NCBI GenBank assembly: GCA_963666055.2
Contig: CAXWPH010000015.1
Span: 1,408,001-1,472,000 of the forward strand
Reading direction: 5' to 3'
Source: Acidobacteriota bacterium
Lineage (GTDB): Bacteria > Acidobacteriota > UBA890 > WLXD01
Length of the DNA stretch: 64,000 nt
Shown here one piece after another: positions 28,887-39,168 of the stretch. The notes beneath the pieces were generated by a model. That model worked only from the letters and a program-made list of their open reading frames with translations, was not told where the DNA came from and searched no databases. The position numbers were made by a program, and so were the translations under genes. Every line of letters starts with the position of its first letter. Positions within the stretch are counted from its first letter, which is position 1.

Positions 28887-30014
28887 ATGCCAGGCTTACT
28901 TCCTCACGTTGACCCAGACGGTCTACTGGAATACTCGGTGGTCTTCACCGACCGTTCGCTGAACCACATGTCGCGGACGTTCCAGGGGGTGATGAACGAT
29001 ATCTCCACGACCCTGAAGGTGGCCTACGGTGCCGACGCGGTGGTCGTAGTTCCCGGGGGAGGGACCTTCGGAATGGAGGCGGTGGCACGACAGTTCGCCA
29101 CCGGTAAGCGGTGCCTGGTGATCCGAAACGGCTGGTTCAGCTTTCGCTGGTCCCAGATCTTCGAAATGGGCGACATTCCGTCCGCCTGCACGGTGTTGAA
29201 GGCGCGAGCTCTCGATGGCGGTGCGCAGCCGGCGTTCGCGCCCGCGCCGATCGACGAGGTGGTGGCGACGATTGCGGAGCAACAGCCCGACCTGGTCTTC
29301 GCTCCGCATGTCGAGACCTCGTCGGGAATGATCCTACCCGACGATTACCTCGGCGCGGTGGCCGAGGCAGTGCATTCGGCGGGGGGCATGTTGGTGCTCG
29401 ATTGCATCGCCTCGGGCGCCATATGGGTCGACATGAAGACCTCGGGCGTCGACGTGCTGATCAGCGCGCCGCAGAAAGGCTGGAGTGGCTCTCCTTGTGC
29501 CGGCCTGGTGATGATGAGCGAGCTGGCGCAACAGCGTATCGGAGCCACCACCAGCAGCAGCTTTGCCGCCGACCTACGCAAGTGGCTCGAGATCATGCAG
29601 GCCTACGAGGGTGGCGGGCACGCTTACCACGCCACCTTGCCGACCGATTCGTTGACGCGTTTTCGCGACGCCATGCGGGAGACCGAGGCGTACGGGTTCG
29701 ACAGGGTCCGGATGGAGCAACAGGAGCTCGGCGACAAGGTGCGCGCGCTGCTGGTCGGCAAGAACTTCAAGAGCGTGGCGGCCGAAGGGTTCCAGGCCCC
29801 CGGGGTGGTGGTGAGCTACACCGACGATGTGGACATCCAGAACGGCAAGAAGTTCGCCGGGGTAGGTCTGCAGATCGCCGCCGGCGTTCCCCTGCGCTGC
29901 GACGAGCCGGAGCCCTTCAGTACGTTTCGCCTCGGGCTATTCGGTCTGGACAAGTTGCACAACGTTGATCGTTCGGTGGAGGCGCTCGAGCGTGCGCTGA
30001 GCCAGATTCTCTAG
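28887..30014 (+). CDS. Class V PLP aminotransferase (serine-pyruvate/alanine-glyoxylate-like)
   Basis: DPDGLLEYSVVFTDRSLNHMS, HVETSSG, LDCIASG and SAPQKGW (PLP Lys) motifs. Confidence 0.88.
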   Translation: MPGLLPHVDPDGLLEYSVVFTDRSLNHMSRTFQGVMNDISTTLKVAYGADAVVVVPGGGTFGMEAVARQFATGKRCLVIRNGWFSFRWSQIFEMGDIPSACTVLKARALDGGAQPAFAPAPIDEVVATIAEQQPDLVFAPHVETSSGMILPDDYLGAVAEAVHSAGGMLVLDCIASGAIWVDMKTSGVDVLISAPQKGWSGSPCAGLVMMSELAQQRIGATTSSSFAADLRKWLEIMQAYEGGGHAYHATLPTDSLTRFRDAMRETEAYGFDRVRMEQQELGDKVRALLVGKNFKSVAAEGFQAPGVVVSYTDDVDIQNGKKFAGVGLQIAAGVPLRCDEPEPFSTFRLGLFGLDKLHNVDRSVEALERALSQIL

Positions 30015-30034
30015 CGAATCGGACATCCAGGCTC

Positions 30035-30970
30035 GTGATCACCGTCCTCGGAGTCGTCGCCCCTGTCTTCAGCCTCGTCCTGCTGGGCTTTGCGGCTGCC
30101 AAGCTGCGGATGCTCGATGCGGCGGCCGTAATCGGGCTGGTGGTGTTCGTCTTCCACTTCGCCATACCGGCGATGCTGTTTCGCAACCTGGCCCGGGCCG
30201 AGCTGCCGGCTGATATCGAGTGGAGCTTCCTGCTGTCGTATTACGGGGGCACGTTGGTGGTCTACGTGCTCGGCATGGGTGTGGGTCGGTATTCCTTCCG
30301 CCGACCCCTCGCGATCCAGGCGACCTGCGGCATGGCGGCGGGGTTCTCCAACACCGTGTTGCTGGGGATTCCCCTGCTACTGACGGTCTTGGGACCGGAA
30401 GCGGTGCTCGCCATCTTCTTGCTGGTGTTGCTGCATTCGCCAACGCTCATGACGCTGACGATGGTGCTCATCCGGCTCGGGCGCGGCCGCGAGGTTTCAG
30501 TGGGCGCACAGCTGCGAGTTGTCCTCGCCGAGCTGATTCGTAACCCGATCATTCTGGCCCTGGTGGCGGGCTTGACCGCGAACCTGTCTGAGCTCGTTCT
30601 ACCGGGGCCGATTGAGACCGCCGTGCAGATGCTGGCAGCAGCCGCGGTGCCCTGCGCTCTGTTCGCCATGGGCGCTTCCCTGGCAGCGTACCCGCTGAGG
30701 GGCAATGTTCTCTCGACGCTCCCGCTGGTGGCGCTGAAGCTTGTGGTGCATCCGCTGCTGGTCTGGGTGCTGGCGGTGCCGGTTCTGGGGCTGGAAGGGG
30801 TGTGGGTGCCGGTCGCCGTGCTGATGGCCACCATGCCGACCGGTATCAACGTCTACCTGGTGGCGACGCGCTATGAAGCCGGCACGACCGTGGCCGCCCG
30901 AACCATCTTTCTGAGTACGGCAATCTCGGTGCTGACGATCTCGGCCGCGCTGTACGTGTTTCGAAGCTGA
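30035..30970 (+). CDS. AEC (auxin efflux carrier/malonate transporter) family permease
   Basis: FAIPAMLF, SNTVLLGIPL, NPIILA, KLVVHP and MPTGINVY motifs. Confidence 0.88.
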   Translation: MITVLGVVAPVFSLVLLGFAAAKLRMLDAAAVIGLVVFVFHFAIPAMLFRNLARAELPADIEWSFLLSYYGGTLVVYVLGMGVGRYSFRRPLAIQATCGMAAGFSNTVLLGIPLLLTVLGPEAVLAIFLLVLLHSPTLMTLTMVLIRLGRGREVSVGAQLRVVLAELIRNPIILALVAGLTANLSELVLPGPIETAVQMLAAAAVPCALFAMGASLAAYPLRGNVLSTLPLVALKLVVHPLLVWVLAVPVLGLEGVWVPVAVLMATMPTGINVYLVATRYEAGTTVAARTIFLSTAISVLTISAALYVFRS

Positions 30971-31035
30971 GCTCTGCTGCCTCGGGCCCAACTCGCCGTA
31001 ACCAGGCCCGCTACGCTTCCACCACGGCCTGCTAG

Positions 31036-33315
31036 CTAGCGGGCGCCAGCCGGCAAGTTCTCGGTCAGGTAGCGGGTCAACAACCCATACAGGTGCCGCG
31101 TCGTTCCTCCGCCCTCGGAGATGCTGTGCGTTCGGTTCGGGTAGGCCATCATGGTGAAGTGCTTGCCGGCGGATACGAGGCGGTTGATCAACGCCTCCGT
31201 GCCCTGGTAGTGGACGTTGTCGTCGCCCGTCCCGTGCACGATCAGCAAGTTACCCACGAGCCCATGGGCGTGGGTGATCGGTGAGCCCCTGCGGTAGCCC
31301 TCCGGGTTGCCCTGCGGCGTCCCCATGTAGCGCTCCTGATAGATGGTGTCGTAGTAGCGCTGGTCGGGCACCGGTGCCACCGACATCCCGGTGCTGTAAA
31401 TCTCCGGATAGCGAAACATCGCGTTCAGCGTCATGGAGCCGCCGCCACTCCATCCCCAGATGCCGATGCGGTCCGGATCGACGTAGGGGCGGGTAGCGAT
31501 AATCTGCCGCACCGCGTCGGCCTGATCCTGTGAGGCCAGCGTGCCGACCTCGCCGTAGACGATCTTGCGCCAGTCGCGGCCGCGCGGCGCCGGCGTGCCG
31601 CGGTTGTCGACGCTCACTACCAGGTAGCCGAGCTGGGCGACGTAACGGTGCCAAAGCATCCGAGATCCAGCCCACCGGTCTAACACCGTCTGCCCGGCGG
31701 GTTCACCGTAGACGAAGAAGAGCACCGGGTACCTGCGGGCGGGGTCGAAGTCGGGCGGGTACAGCACCCAGGCGTCGAGCTCGAGCTCGGGCTTGGCCTG
31801 GACTCGGAAGAACTCCACCGGAGGCAGGTCGAGAGCCTCGATTCGCTGGCGCACGACGGCGTTGTCGACCAACACACGCGCCGAGGCGTGCTCCGGCAAT
31901 GAGACCAGCTCGACCTGCGGCGGTGTGGAGAAGCTGGACCAAGTGTGGAATGCCCAACGGCCTCCTGGCGCGACGTCGTAGGTATGGTCGCCGCCGGTGT
32001 TCACTGGTGTCAGGGCCTGCGCGGTCGGTTCCGGACCATCGGGCGCCAAGGGTGTGCGGTAAAGGAAACGCTGGGTCGGGTCGGGGGTGGCCAGGTAGTA
32101 GAGCCAGCCGCCAGCCTCATCGACCCGCACCACTCCCAGAATGTCGGAACCTGTCGGGGTGAGCGCCACCACCGACCGTCCATTGCGTGAGATCCGGTAG
32201 ACACGTCGCCAGCCGTCGCGCTCGCTCACCCAGGTGAAGGCGTTGCCGCCGTCGAGCCAGCGTAGGTCATCGCGGACGTCGACCCACGCCTCGTCGGTCT
32301 CGACCAGCACCTCGAGAACGTTGCCGGTACGTGTGTCGGCCAGATAGACGGTGTTCTCGTTCTGACGGCGATTCAGGTGCTGAACGACGAGCTGCGTCGA
32401 GTTCGCCGCCCATTCCATTCGCGCGATGTAGTTGTTGCGCGGCGAGCCGGGTAGCGCGACCCATACGGTGTCGCCGCCGCCTGCGGGAATGATCCCGAGG
32501 CGCGCCGACGCGTTTACTTCTCCGGCTTTGGGGTAGGGGATCTCAGTGAGCACCGGGTACAGCTGGGCGGTGTTGTTCGCCAGCGTGAACTTGCGTACCA
32601 GCGACTGGTCGAGCTGCCAGAAGGCGATGTGGGTGCCGTCAGGACTCCAGCGAAACCCGTCGCGCAGACCGAGCTCCTCTTCGTAAACCCAGTCGAACGT
32701 CCCGTTGATGATGGTGTCCGACCCGTCGTGGGTCAGCTGTGTAACCACGTCGTTGCGGAGGTCGTGCAGGAACAGGTTATTGTCCGTGACGTAGGCGATG
32801 CGGCTGGAGTCGGGCGAGAACTTGGCAAACATCTGCCGCGCGTTTCGCATCGTGTCGCCGACTTTGCGCAGGTCGCCAGAACTAAGATCTAGCACCCAGT
32901 AGTCGCCGCGCGTGTTTCGGCGCCAGACGCGCTGCGAGTTGGTGAAGATGCTCAGCAGGCGACCGTCGGGTGACCAGTCGTAGTCGTCGATCGACAACGC
33001 CTGTTCGCGGTTGAACTCGGGAACCAGGCGCTCGGCGCCCACCAACACCTGTCGGTCGCCGCTGGCGGCCTCGTAACGCACGATGTCCTCGGCGCCGGAC
33101 AGGCGTGCGGATGGTTCGACGGTGGTGTAGCTGTCGTCGTCCAGCCAGCGCGACGGGCCGAAGCTGTCGACCGGGTAGGCGTCGCCCGAGAAGATGGAAT
33201 CGAGCGTCAGATCCGGCTGAGCGGAGGCTGTTTGGCCTGTAGCGGGGCTCGCCGTTGCGGCAAGCGACAAAACGAGAGCACCAACGGCGAGCCAATCTTG
33301 ACGACAGGAAACCAT
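31036..33315 (-). CDS. S9 family dipeptidyl peptidase IV-like serine peptidase, exported
   Basis: NGTFDWVYEEE, GIWGWSGGG (Ser), HGTGDDNVH (Asp) and NRTHSI (His) motifs. Confidence 0.92.
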   Translation of the reverse strand: MVSCRQDWLAVGALVLSLAATASPATGQTASAQPDLTLDSIFSGDAYPVDSFGPSRWLDDDSYTTVEPSARLSGAEDIVRYEAASGDRQVLVGAERLVPEFNREQALSIDDYDWSPDGRLLSIFTNSQRVWRRNTRGDYWVLDLSSGDLRKVGDTMRNARQMFAKFSPDSSRIAYVTDNNLFLHDLRNDVVTQLTHDGSDTIINGTFDWVYEEELGLRDGFRWSPDGTHIAFWQLDQSLVRKFTLANNTAQLYPVLTEIPYPKAGEVNASARLGIIPAGGGDTVWVALPGSPRNNYIARMEWAANSTQLVVQHLNRRQNENTVYLADTRTGNVLEVLVETDEAWVDVRDDLRWLDGGNAFTWVSERDGWRRVYRISRNGRSVVALTPTGSDILGVVRVDEAGGWLYYLATPDPTQRFLYRTPLAPDGPEPTAQALTPVNTGGDHTYDVAPGGRWAFHTWSSFSTPPQVELVSLPEHASARVLVDNAVVRQRIEALDLPPVEFFRVQAKPELELDAWVLYPPDFDPARRYPVLFFVYGEPAGQTVLDRWAGSRMLWHRYVAQLGYLVVSVDNRGTPAPRGRDWRKIVYGEVGTLASQDQADAVRQIIATRPYVDPDRIGIWGWSGGGSMTLNAMFRYPEIYSTGMSVAPVPDQRYYDTIYQERYMGTPQGNPEGYRRGSPITHAHGLVGNLLIVHGTGDDNVHYQGTEALINRLVSAGKHFTMMAYPNRTHSISEGGGTTRHLYGLLTRYLTENLPAGAR

Positions 33316-33552
33316 ACGGGTGTCCTCAGAAGATGCGCTGTGCGTGTGGTGCCGAAGCACGCCAGGTGGCCCCGGGCGCGGATGGACCAACGTCGGATAC
33401 AAGCTCGAGCATAGCCGATGCCGGTGCCACTGGGCACGGGTAAGGTTGTACGGTGTCGTCCACCGGGTTCAACGTCTGTGAGGTACGCTCTGGCGCTGCC
33501 CCGGTTCGCACTTCGGCCACTCCAAGCACAAGGCCCCGAGTAGATTCACGGA

Positions 33553-35379
33553 ATGCTGATGCAACGTACCTTTGTTGTCGTCGCGGTCGGTTGCACGCTT
33601 CTAGCGGGCCTGGCAACGATTCCTTCTGCCGCGCAGGACGCTGCGGGCTGGCGTCAGTGGGGCGGCCAGGGCCGCGACTTCATCACCGACGTCACCGGCC
33701 TTGCCGACAGCTGGCCGGCGGAGGGCCCGCCGGTTCTCTGGAGCCGCCCGCTCGGCACCGGCCACTCGGCGATCCTCGTCGACGACGGACGCCTGTTCAC
33801 GCAGTACCGCGTCGGTAACGGCCAGGATCGCGGTGGGCCCTGGGATGAGGAAGAGATCGTCATCGCCCTCGATGCCTCCGACGGCGTCACCCTCTGGGAA
33901 CACACCTACCCGTCCCGGCACGAGAACTTCGACTTCGGGGCGGGCCCACACGCTACGCCGCTGCTGGTTGGCGATCGGCTGTTCGCCGCCGGCACCAACA
34001 AGCAGCTGTTCGCCTTCGACAAGCGGTCCGGCGAAGTGCTATGGTCGCATGACCTGATCGCCGATTTCGGTGCGCCGCCCAACCTAATTCGGGCGATCGT
34101 CAAGACGGGCTATGGCAGTAGCCCCATCGCCTACAACGATACGGTGATTGTTCCGGTCGGCGGTCCCGGGCAGTCGTTGATGGCGTTCCGCCAGCGCGAT
34201 GGCGAGGTCGTATGGCGCGGCGGCGATTTTCTGTTTTCGCCCTCGGCTCCGATCCTCATCGACCTGGATGGGCAGACACAGCTCGTCTACCTCGCCGGCG
34301 CCAGCGTCGTTGGTCTCGACCCGGACGACGGCCAGGTGTTGTGGGCGGTGCCGCACGACCCCGGCAACGACCTCAACATGACGGCGCCGCAGTGGGGCGA
34401 CGACAACATCCTGTTCCTTTCTTCCGGGTACAGGGCGGGCAGCCGCGCGATTCGGTTGACGCTCGACGGCGATACCACCAGAACCGAGGAGCTGTGGTTC
34501 ACGTCGCGCGTGCCGTTCATGTTTCTGAACACGATTCGGCGCGGCAGCTACGTTTACGGCACCAGCGGCACCTTCGGTCCGGCGTTCATGACGGCGCTCG
34601 ACGTGCGCACCGGCGAGCCTGCCTGGCAGCAGCGCGGTTTCAAGCGCGCCAGCCTGCTGTACGCCGACGACAAGTTCATCGTCATGGACGAGGACGGCGA
34701 CCTGGCGCTCACCCGCATGACGCCCGAAGGGATGACCGTGCTGGCGCGTGCGCCGCTCTTCGACACCACCTCGTGGACCGTACCGACCCTGGTCGGTACG
34801 ACGCTGTATGCGCGCGATCGGGAGAAGATCATGGCGCTCGATCTGGGCGCAGCGGAGCCGCCGGCGGCACGGGCGGTTGATAGCGAAGGCACATCGGCTC
34901 CTGGCGAGACGCAGTCGGGCGGGCCCAACAGAGCCCCGACGCCAACCGCGGACACTCACCCGAACCTCTCCGGTATCTGGCAGCTCGACCGCGACGCCAG
35001 CCAAATCGGTACCACCGCGGCACTCGCCGGCCTCGGCGACGGCGGCGCGCCACTGACGCTGTTCGTCACTCAGGCGACGAACGGCACCCTCCTGCTGTCG
35101 AGCGAGGACAACCCCACGCAGGCGCGCGCCTACGCCATTGGCGGTCAGAGCCCGGTGCCGATCCTGGCCGCCGACGGCGAGCCGAACACGATGACGATCG
35201 CGTCGCGATGGGAAGACGGCCGGCTAGTGAACGAAGGCAGGCACCAGCGCGGTGTCACCGTGATCGACGTCCGCGAGGTGATGTCGCTGAGCGCCGATGG
35301 GCAGGCGTTGATCATCGAGGTGGAGATCGTCGGATCTTCCTCGCCGGGAACGTCGCGACTGTTCTATCGACGGAGCTGA
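33553..35379 (+). CDS. PQQ-like/BamB-type beta-propeller protein with extra C-terminal beta domain
   Basis: WRQWGG..RD, VLWSRPLGTGHS, GEVLW repeats and WTVPTLVGTTLYARD; Pro/Thr-rich linker then PNLSGIWQLDRDAS. Confidence 0.8.
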   Translation: MLMQRTFVVVAVGCTLLAGLATIPSAAQDAAGWRQWGGQGRDFITDVTGLADSWPAEGPPVLWSRPLGTGHSAILVDDGRLFTQYRVGNGQDRGGPWDEEEIVIALDASDGVTLWEHTYPSRHENFDFGAGPHATPLLVGDRLFAAGTNKQLFAFDKRSGEVLWSHDLIADFGAPPNLIRAIVKTGYGSSPIAYNDTVIVPVGGPGQSLMAFRQRDGEVVWRGGDFLFSPSAPILIDLDGQTQLVYLAGASVVGLDPDDGQVLWAVPHDPGNDLNMTAPQWGDDNILFLSSGYRAGSRAIRLTLDGDTTRTEELWFTSRVPFMFLNTIRRGSYVYGTSGTFGPAFMTALDVRTGEPAWQQRGFKRASLLYADDKFIVMDEDGDLALTRMTPEGMTVLARAPLFDTTSWTVPTLVGTTLYARDREKIMALDLGAAEPPAARAVDSEGTSAPGETQSGGPNRAPTPTADTHPNLSGIWQLDRDASQIGTTAALAGLGDGGAPLTLFVTQATNGTLLLSSEDNPTQARAYAIGGQSPVPILAADGEPNTMTIASRWEDGRLVNEGRHQRGVTVIDVREVMSLSADGQALIIEVEIVGSSSPGTSRLFYRRS

Positions 35380-35444
35380 ACGGTCGGCCGCCCGCCCGCT
35401 GGGCGCGGCGACCGCGAAATCGGAGCCTTGCCGGCTCGGTCGGC

Positions 35445-35939
35445 CTATTCCTCGTCCGGCACGGTCTGGAAATGCAGGTGGACGATCTTCCAGCCGCCGT
35501 CCTGCATCATCATGCTGGTCGACATCTGGAGGTTGAATCTCGAGACCGAGTCGCCCTCACCGTGATAGTCGGCGGTGAGCAGGTACGACACCACCGCAGC
35601 ATCCCCCGACGATGACACCTGCACCACCGCATCGGAGATCTCCGCCGACGCCACGCCGCCAGCGTTCGCCACGGTCTCGGTCCAGGATGAGTGATACGCG
35701 TCCCAGCTGCCGCGGCCGCCCGGCCCCCACCAGGTGAGCTCCTTGGCGTAGTGGTCCAGATACCCGTCCACGTCGTTGGCTCTGTACGCATCGGTCATCG
35801 ACTCGACGTGCGCCAGCGCCGACTGCTCGACGTCGCTCATCTCCTGCGCCGTGGCCAGCTGCGTCGTGGCGCCGGCGGCCAAGAGCCCGGCGACAGCGAT
35901 AAACGGCAGGATCCGTGACGTTCTCCAAGAGCTCAGCAT
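35445..35939 (-). CDS. Exported SnoaL/NTF2-like (DUF4440-type) protein
   Basis: Signal peptide; GDAAVVSY and C-terminal DGGWKIVHLHF. Confidence 0.78.
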   Translation of the reverse strand: MLSSWRTSRILPFIAVAGLLAAGATTQLATAQEMSDVEQSALAHVESMTDAYRANDVDGYLDHYAKELTWWGPGGRGSWDAYHSSWTETVANAGGVASAEISDAVVQVSSSGDAAVVSYLLTADYHGEGDSVSRFNLQMSTSMMMQDGGWKIVHLHFQTVPDEE

Positions 35940-36035
35940 GGGCTGCTCCTCTGTTCGGTTCGCATTGGTCGAAACCTCGGCCGCACAATACCCCTGAGAT
36001 AGAGAATCCGCAAAGGGTGGCGCCCCGCGGCTCGG

Positions 36036-38741
36036 CTACTGCCGGAGAGCGAGCACCGGATCGACCTTGGCGGCCCGTAAGGCAGGCAGCAGGTTCGCCA
36101 ACATCGTGACGGCCAGGAAGAGCGCCATTACCCCGGCGAGCACACCAGGGTCCGTCTGCGCGACTTCGAACAGCAGGCTCGATAAGAGGCCGCCGGTCGC
36201 CATGGACCCGACGCCGCCGATTACCAGTCCGGCCAGCGCCGGCGCCATGCCGGAGCGTAGCGTCGAGAGGACAACGTCGCTGCGGGTTGCACCCAGGGCG
36301 AGGCGGACGCCGATCTCGTGGGTGCGCTGGCTGACGATGTAGGTCATTACGCCGAACACGCCAATGGCTCCCAGCGCCAGCGCCAGCAGCGCGAAACCGG
36401 AGAATAGCAGCGTCGTGGAGCGAGGGGTCGCCATCGAGCGCTCGAGCACCTGCTCCATCGTCGTCTCGTCGGCGACCACCACGTTCGGATCGACCGACCA
36501 GATCGCCTCGCGCACGCTGGCGGCGACGTCGACTTCGCCGGCGGAGCGTACCGCGAGGTGCATGGTGCGGAGCCACGATTCCTGGTCGTAGGGAACGTAA
36601 GCCTCGGGGCGTGTCTCGGCGGACAGGGCGGTCTGGTGGAAGTCGCCGAGGACCCCGACGACGGTGAACCATGGCTCGCCAGTTGACCAACTGACCTGCT
36701 TGCCGACGGCGCTTCCGTGCGGCCACAGCCGGCGTGCCAGCGCCCGGTTTATGAGCCCTGCCGGGGCGCCGCCCATGCGATCCTCCGGACCGAGATCTCT
36801 GCCTTCCAGCAGCGGGATCTGGAACGTGTCGACATACCCGGGCGTCACCGCTCGGTAGCTGACCCGCTCCGGTTCGGTGCCCGGCGGTACGGGCTGGCCG
36901 TCGGGCGAAATGGCCACCCCCATCACGCCGCGGGTCAACGGCAACACGTTGACCAACCCCACCGAGACCACGCCCGGCAGGGCAGCGACGCGCTCCTCGA
37001 CCTGTCGGTAGTACAGTCGGCGCTGTTCTTCCTTCGGGTAGGCGCCTGTCGGCGGGGCGATGCGCATGGTGGTTACGCCGCCGACGTTGAATCCGGGGTC
37101 GACTTGCTGAAGCATCCATAGGCTCTTGACCAGCAAGCCGGCGGCGACGACCAGGATGACCGAGATCGCCACCTCGGCGGCCACGAGCCCGTTGTTGAGA
37201 CGGAATCGGCTCCGTCCCGCCGTGATCCCACGGCCACGCTCTCGTAGGGCGGGCCGGTCGGCGCGGGTCACCCGGAATGCCGGCACCAGCCCGAACACCA
37301 GACCGGCGACGAGCGATATCCCCAGGGCGAACGTCAGCACTATGGCGTCGATGCTGACCTCGTCGGTGCGTGGTGTGTTGGCAGGTAGCAGACCCAGCAA
37401 GAACGACATGCTGCCCTGTGCGGCCGCCAGCCCGACCAGGCCGCCGGTCACACCGAGCACCGCGTTCTCTGTCAGCAACTGACGAATGATGCGCCACCTG
37501 CTGGCGCCGATGGCGGCACGAACGGCGACCTCTTGCTGGCGCACGCCGGATCGCGCCAGCAGCAGATTGGCGACGTTGGTGCAAGCGACCAGCAACACCG
37601 CCCCCACCGCTGCGAGCAGAATCCAGAGGGTCCCACGCACGCCACCGACTCGGGACTCGTGGTAGGTGACCACTTGGGCGATCTCCGCCGCGTCGCGGTT
37701 GAACACCGGTGTCTCGCCCGCCGCCAGGCGAGCCGTGACGCCCTGCAGCTCTGCCTGGGCGTTAGCTACCGCGACATCTGGCCGCAGGCGGCCAAGCAAC
37801 CAGAAGCGGTGCATGTCGTCGTAGTCGTGGGTGCCGGGCTCGACGATCATCGGAACGAAGATCTCCGAGTGCCAGGGGAACGGTTCGTACGCCGGCGGCA
37901 TCACCCCGACGACCGTCCGCGAGAGCGCGCCTTCGCCCTCGACGGCGAGCGAGCGACCGATGACGTCGGGGTCGGCGCCGAACCGGCGCACCCAGTAGCC
38001 GTGGTTGAGGATGGTCACAGGCGAGGCACCGGGCGCGGAGTCGTCGGGGTGGAAGGCGCGACCCAGAGCCGGCGGCACCCCCAGAACATCGAAGTGGCCG
38101 GCCCCGACGATGCTACCGCCGAGCTGCTCCGGCGCCCCATCGCCGATCGTCGTGAAGGTGCCCGGTGCGCCTGCCGCGATTGCCTCGTAGGAGTCGGTCT
38201 CCTGCTGCAGCGCGATCACCTGGCGGGCTGAGAAGAAGTGCGACGGCCACAGACGCGCGATGCGCGCAGAGTCGGGGAAGGGAAGCGGTCGGAGGACGAC
38301 GGCGTTGACGACGCTGCGGATCGCCACGTTGGCCCCGACCCCGAGCGCCACGGTCAGCACGGCTACCAGCACGAATCCGGGCGACTTCAGGAATCCCCGC
38401 GTTGCGTAGCGCATGTCCTGAAACACCGATGCAATCAACTCGTTCAGCGACCGGCGCCGCTCGCGGCCAATTTCGCGGCGGTCGGATCGGATGCTTCCTG
38501 CCAAATCCTTGACCAAGTACCACCAAACTCGGGGTAGGTACGAGCGCGGGTGGGCACCTTGTTCTTTGTCCCAACGATGCTGCAAGACCTGTAGCATCTC
38601 CGCCCCGTAGCGTTGCCGGAGCCGCCCCGGGTAGAGGCGGAGGGCGAGCCGATGAGCCTGGCCGGTGGCACGGAAGATCCATCCGGAAGCGGTCGGTGGA
38701 TAGCGGCGCGGCACTGGTCCTGGATCGAGCGATGTGCTCAT
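36036..38741 (-). CDS. ADOP-family (acidobacterial duplicated orphan) ABC permease
   Basis: QDMRYATRGFLKSPGF, LLVACTNVANLLLAR, EVAVRAAIGA, RTHEIGVRLALGA and PALRAAKVDP motifs; ATGA overlap with PadR. Confidence 0.92.
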   Translation of the reverse strand: MSTSLDPGPVPRRYPPTASGWIFRATGQAHRLALRLYPGRLRQRYGAEMLQVLQHRWDKEQGAHPRSYLPRVWWYLVKDLAGSIRSDRREIGRERRRSLNELIASVFQDMRYATRGFLKSPGFVLVAVLTVALGVGANVAIRSVVNAVVLRPLPFPDSARIARLWPSHFFSARQVIALQQETDSYEAIAAGAPGTFTTIGDGAPEQLGGSIVGAGHFDVLGVPPALGRAFHPDDSAPGASPVTILNHGYWVRRFGADPDVIGRSLAVEGEGALSRTVVGVMPPAYEPFPWHSEIFVPMIVEPGTHDYDDMHRFWLLGRLRPDVAVANAQAELQGVTARLAAGETPVFNRDAAEIAQVVTYHESRVGGVRGTLWILLAAVGAVLLVACTNVANLLLARSGVRQQEVAVRAAIGASRWRIIRQLLTENAVLGVTGGLVGLAAAQGSMSFLLGLLPANTPRTDEVSIDAIVLTFALGISLVAGLVFGLVPAFRVTRADRPALRERGRGITAGRSRFRLNNGLVAAEVAISVILVVAAGLLVKSLWMLQQVDPGFNVGGVTTMRIAPPTGAYPKEEQRRLYYRQVEERVAALPGVVSVGLVNVLPLTRGVMGVAISPDGQPVPPGTEPERVSYRAVTPGYVDTFQIPLLEGRDLGPEDRMGGAPAGLINRALARRLWPHGSAVGKQVSWSTGEPWFTVVGVLGDFHQTALSAETRPEAYVPYDQESWLRTMHLAVRSAGEVDVAASVREAIWSVDPNVVVADETTMEQVLERSMATPRSTTLLFSGFALLALALGAIGVFGVMTYIVSQRTHEIGVRLALGATRSDVVLSTLRSGMAPALAGLVIGGVGSMATGGLLSSLLFEVAQTDPGVLAGVMALFLAVTMLANLLPALRAAKVDPVLALRQ

Positions 38742-39082
38742 CGAATACCTCGTTCGTCGAGCACGTCCTTCTCGCGCGCTACCTGCACCACCTGTGCCCA
38801 ACGGCGGGCCTCGGCCTGCACGGCGAGGCGTCCGGATGAGGTGATCCGGTAGTAGCGTCGCCGAGGGTCGTCGAGCTCCGGCGCAGGACGCTCGGTAGTC
38901 TCCTCGATAAGGCCCGCGCCCGCCATCTTCTTGATCGATCCGTAGAGGATCCCGGGCCCGAGCTTCACCTCGCCGCCGGTGCGGCGCTCCACCTCGTCGA
39001 CGATGCCCAGGCCGTGCCGGTCAGCATCGGCCAGCGCCAGCAGGATGTGAAAGGAGGCGGTCGTAAGCTTGTTGTCGATCAC
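38738..39082 (-). CDS. PadR-family transcriptional regulator
   Basis: FHILLALADADRHGLGI, GPGILYGSIKKM and DPRRRYYRIT motifs; AGGAGG RBS before GTG. Confidence 0.92.
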   Translation of the reverse strand: MIDNKLTTASFHILLALADADRHGLGIVDEVERRTGGEVKLGPGILYGSIKKMAGAGLIEETTERPAPELDDPRRRYYRITSSGRLAVQAEARRWAQVVQVAREKDVLDERGIR

Positions 39083-39105
39083 AGCGGGTTCCTCCTGTCG
39101 ATCCG

Positions 39106-39141
39106 AACTATCACGTTCTGATATATCATAACGTGATAGTT
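39106..39141. promoter_or_regulatory. 36-bp near-perfect palindrome, putative PadR operator (two TATCA-N5-TGATA boxes)
   Basis: AACTATCACGTTCTGATATATCATAACGTGATAGTT, one mismatched pair, about 24 bp upstream of the padR start. Confidence 0.75.
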
Positions 39142-39168
39142 TCGCGCCAGTCGCCCCCGCCACCTTGG

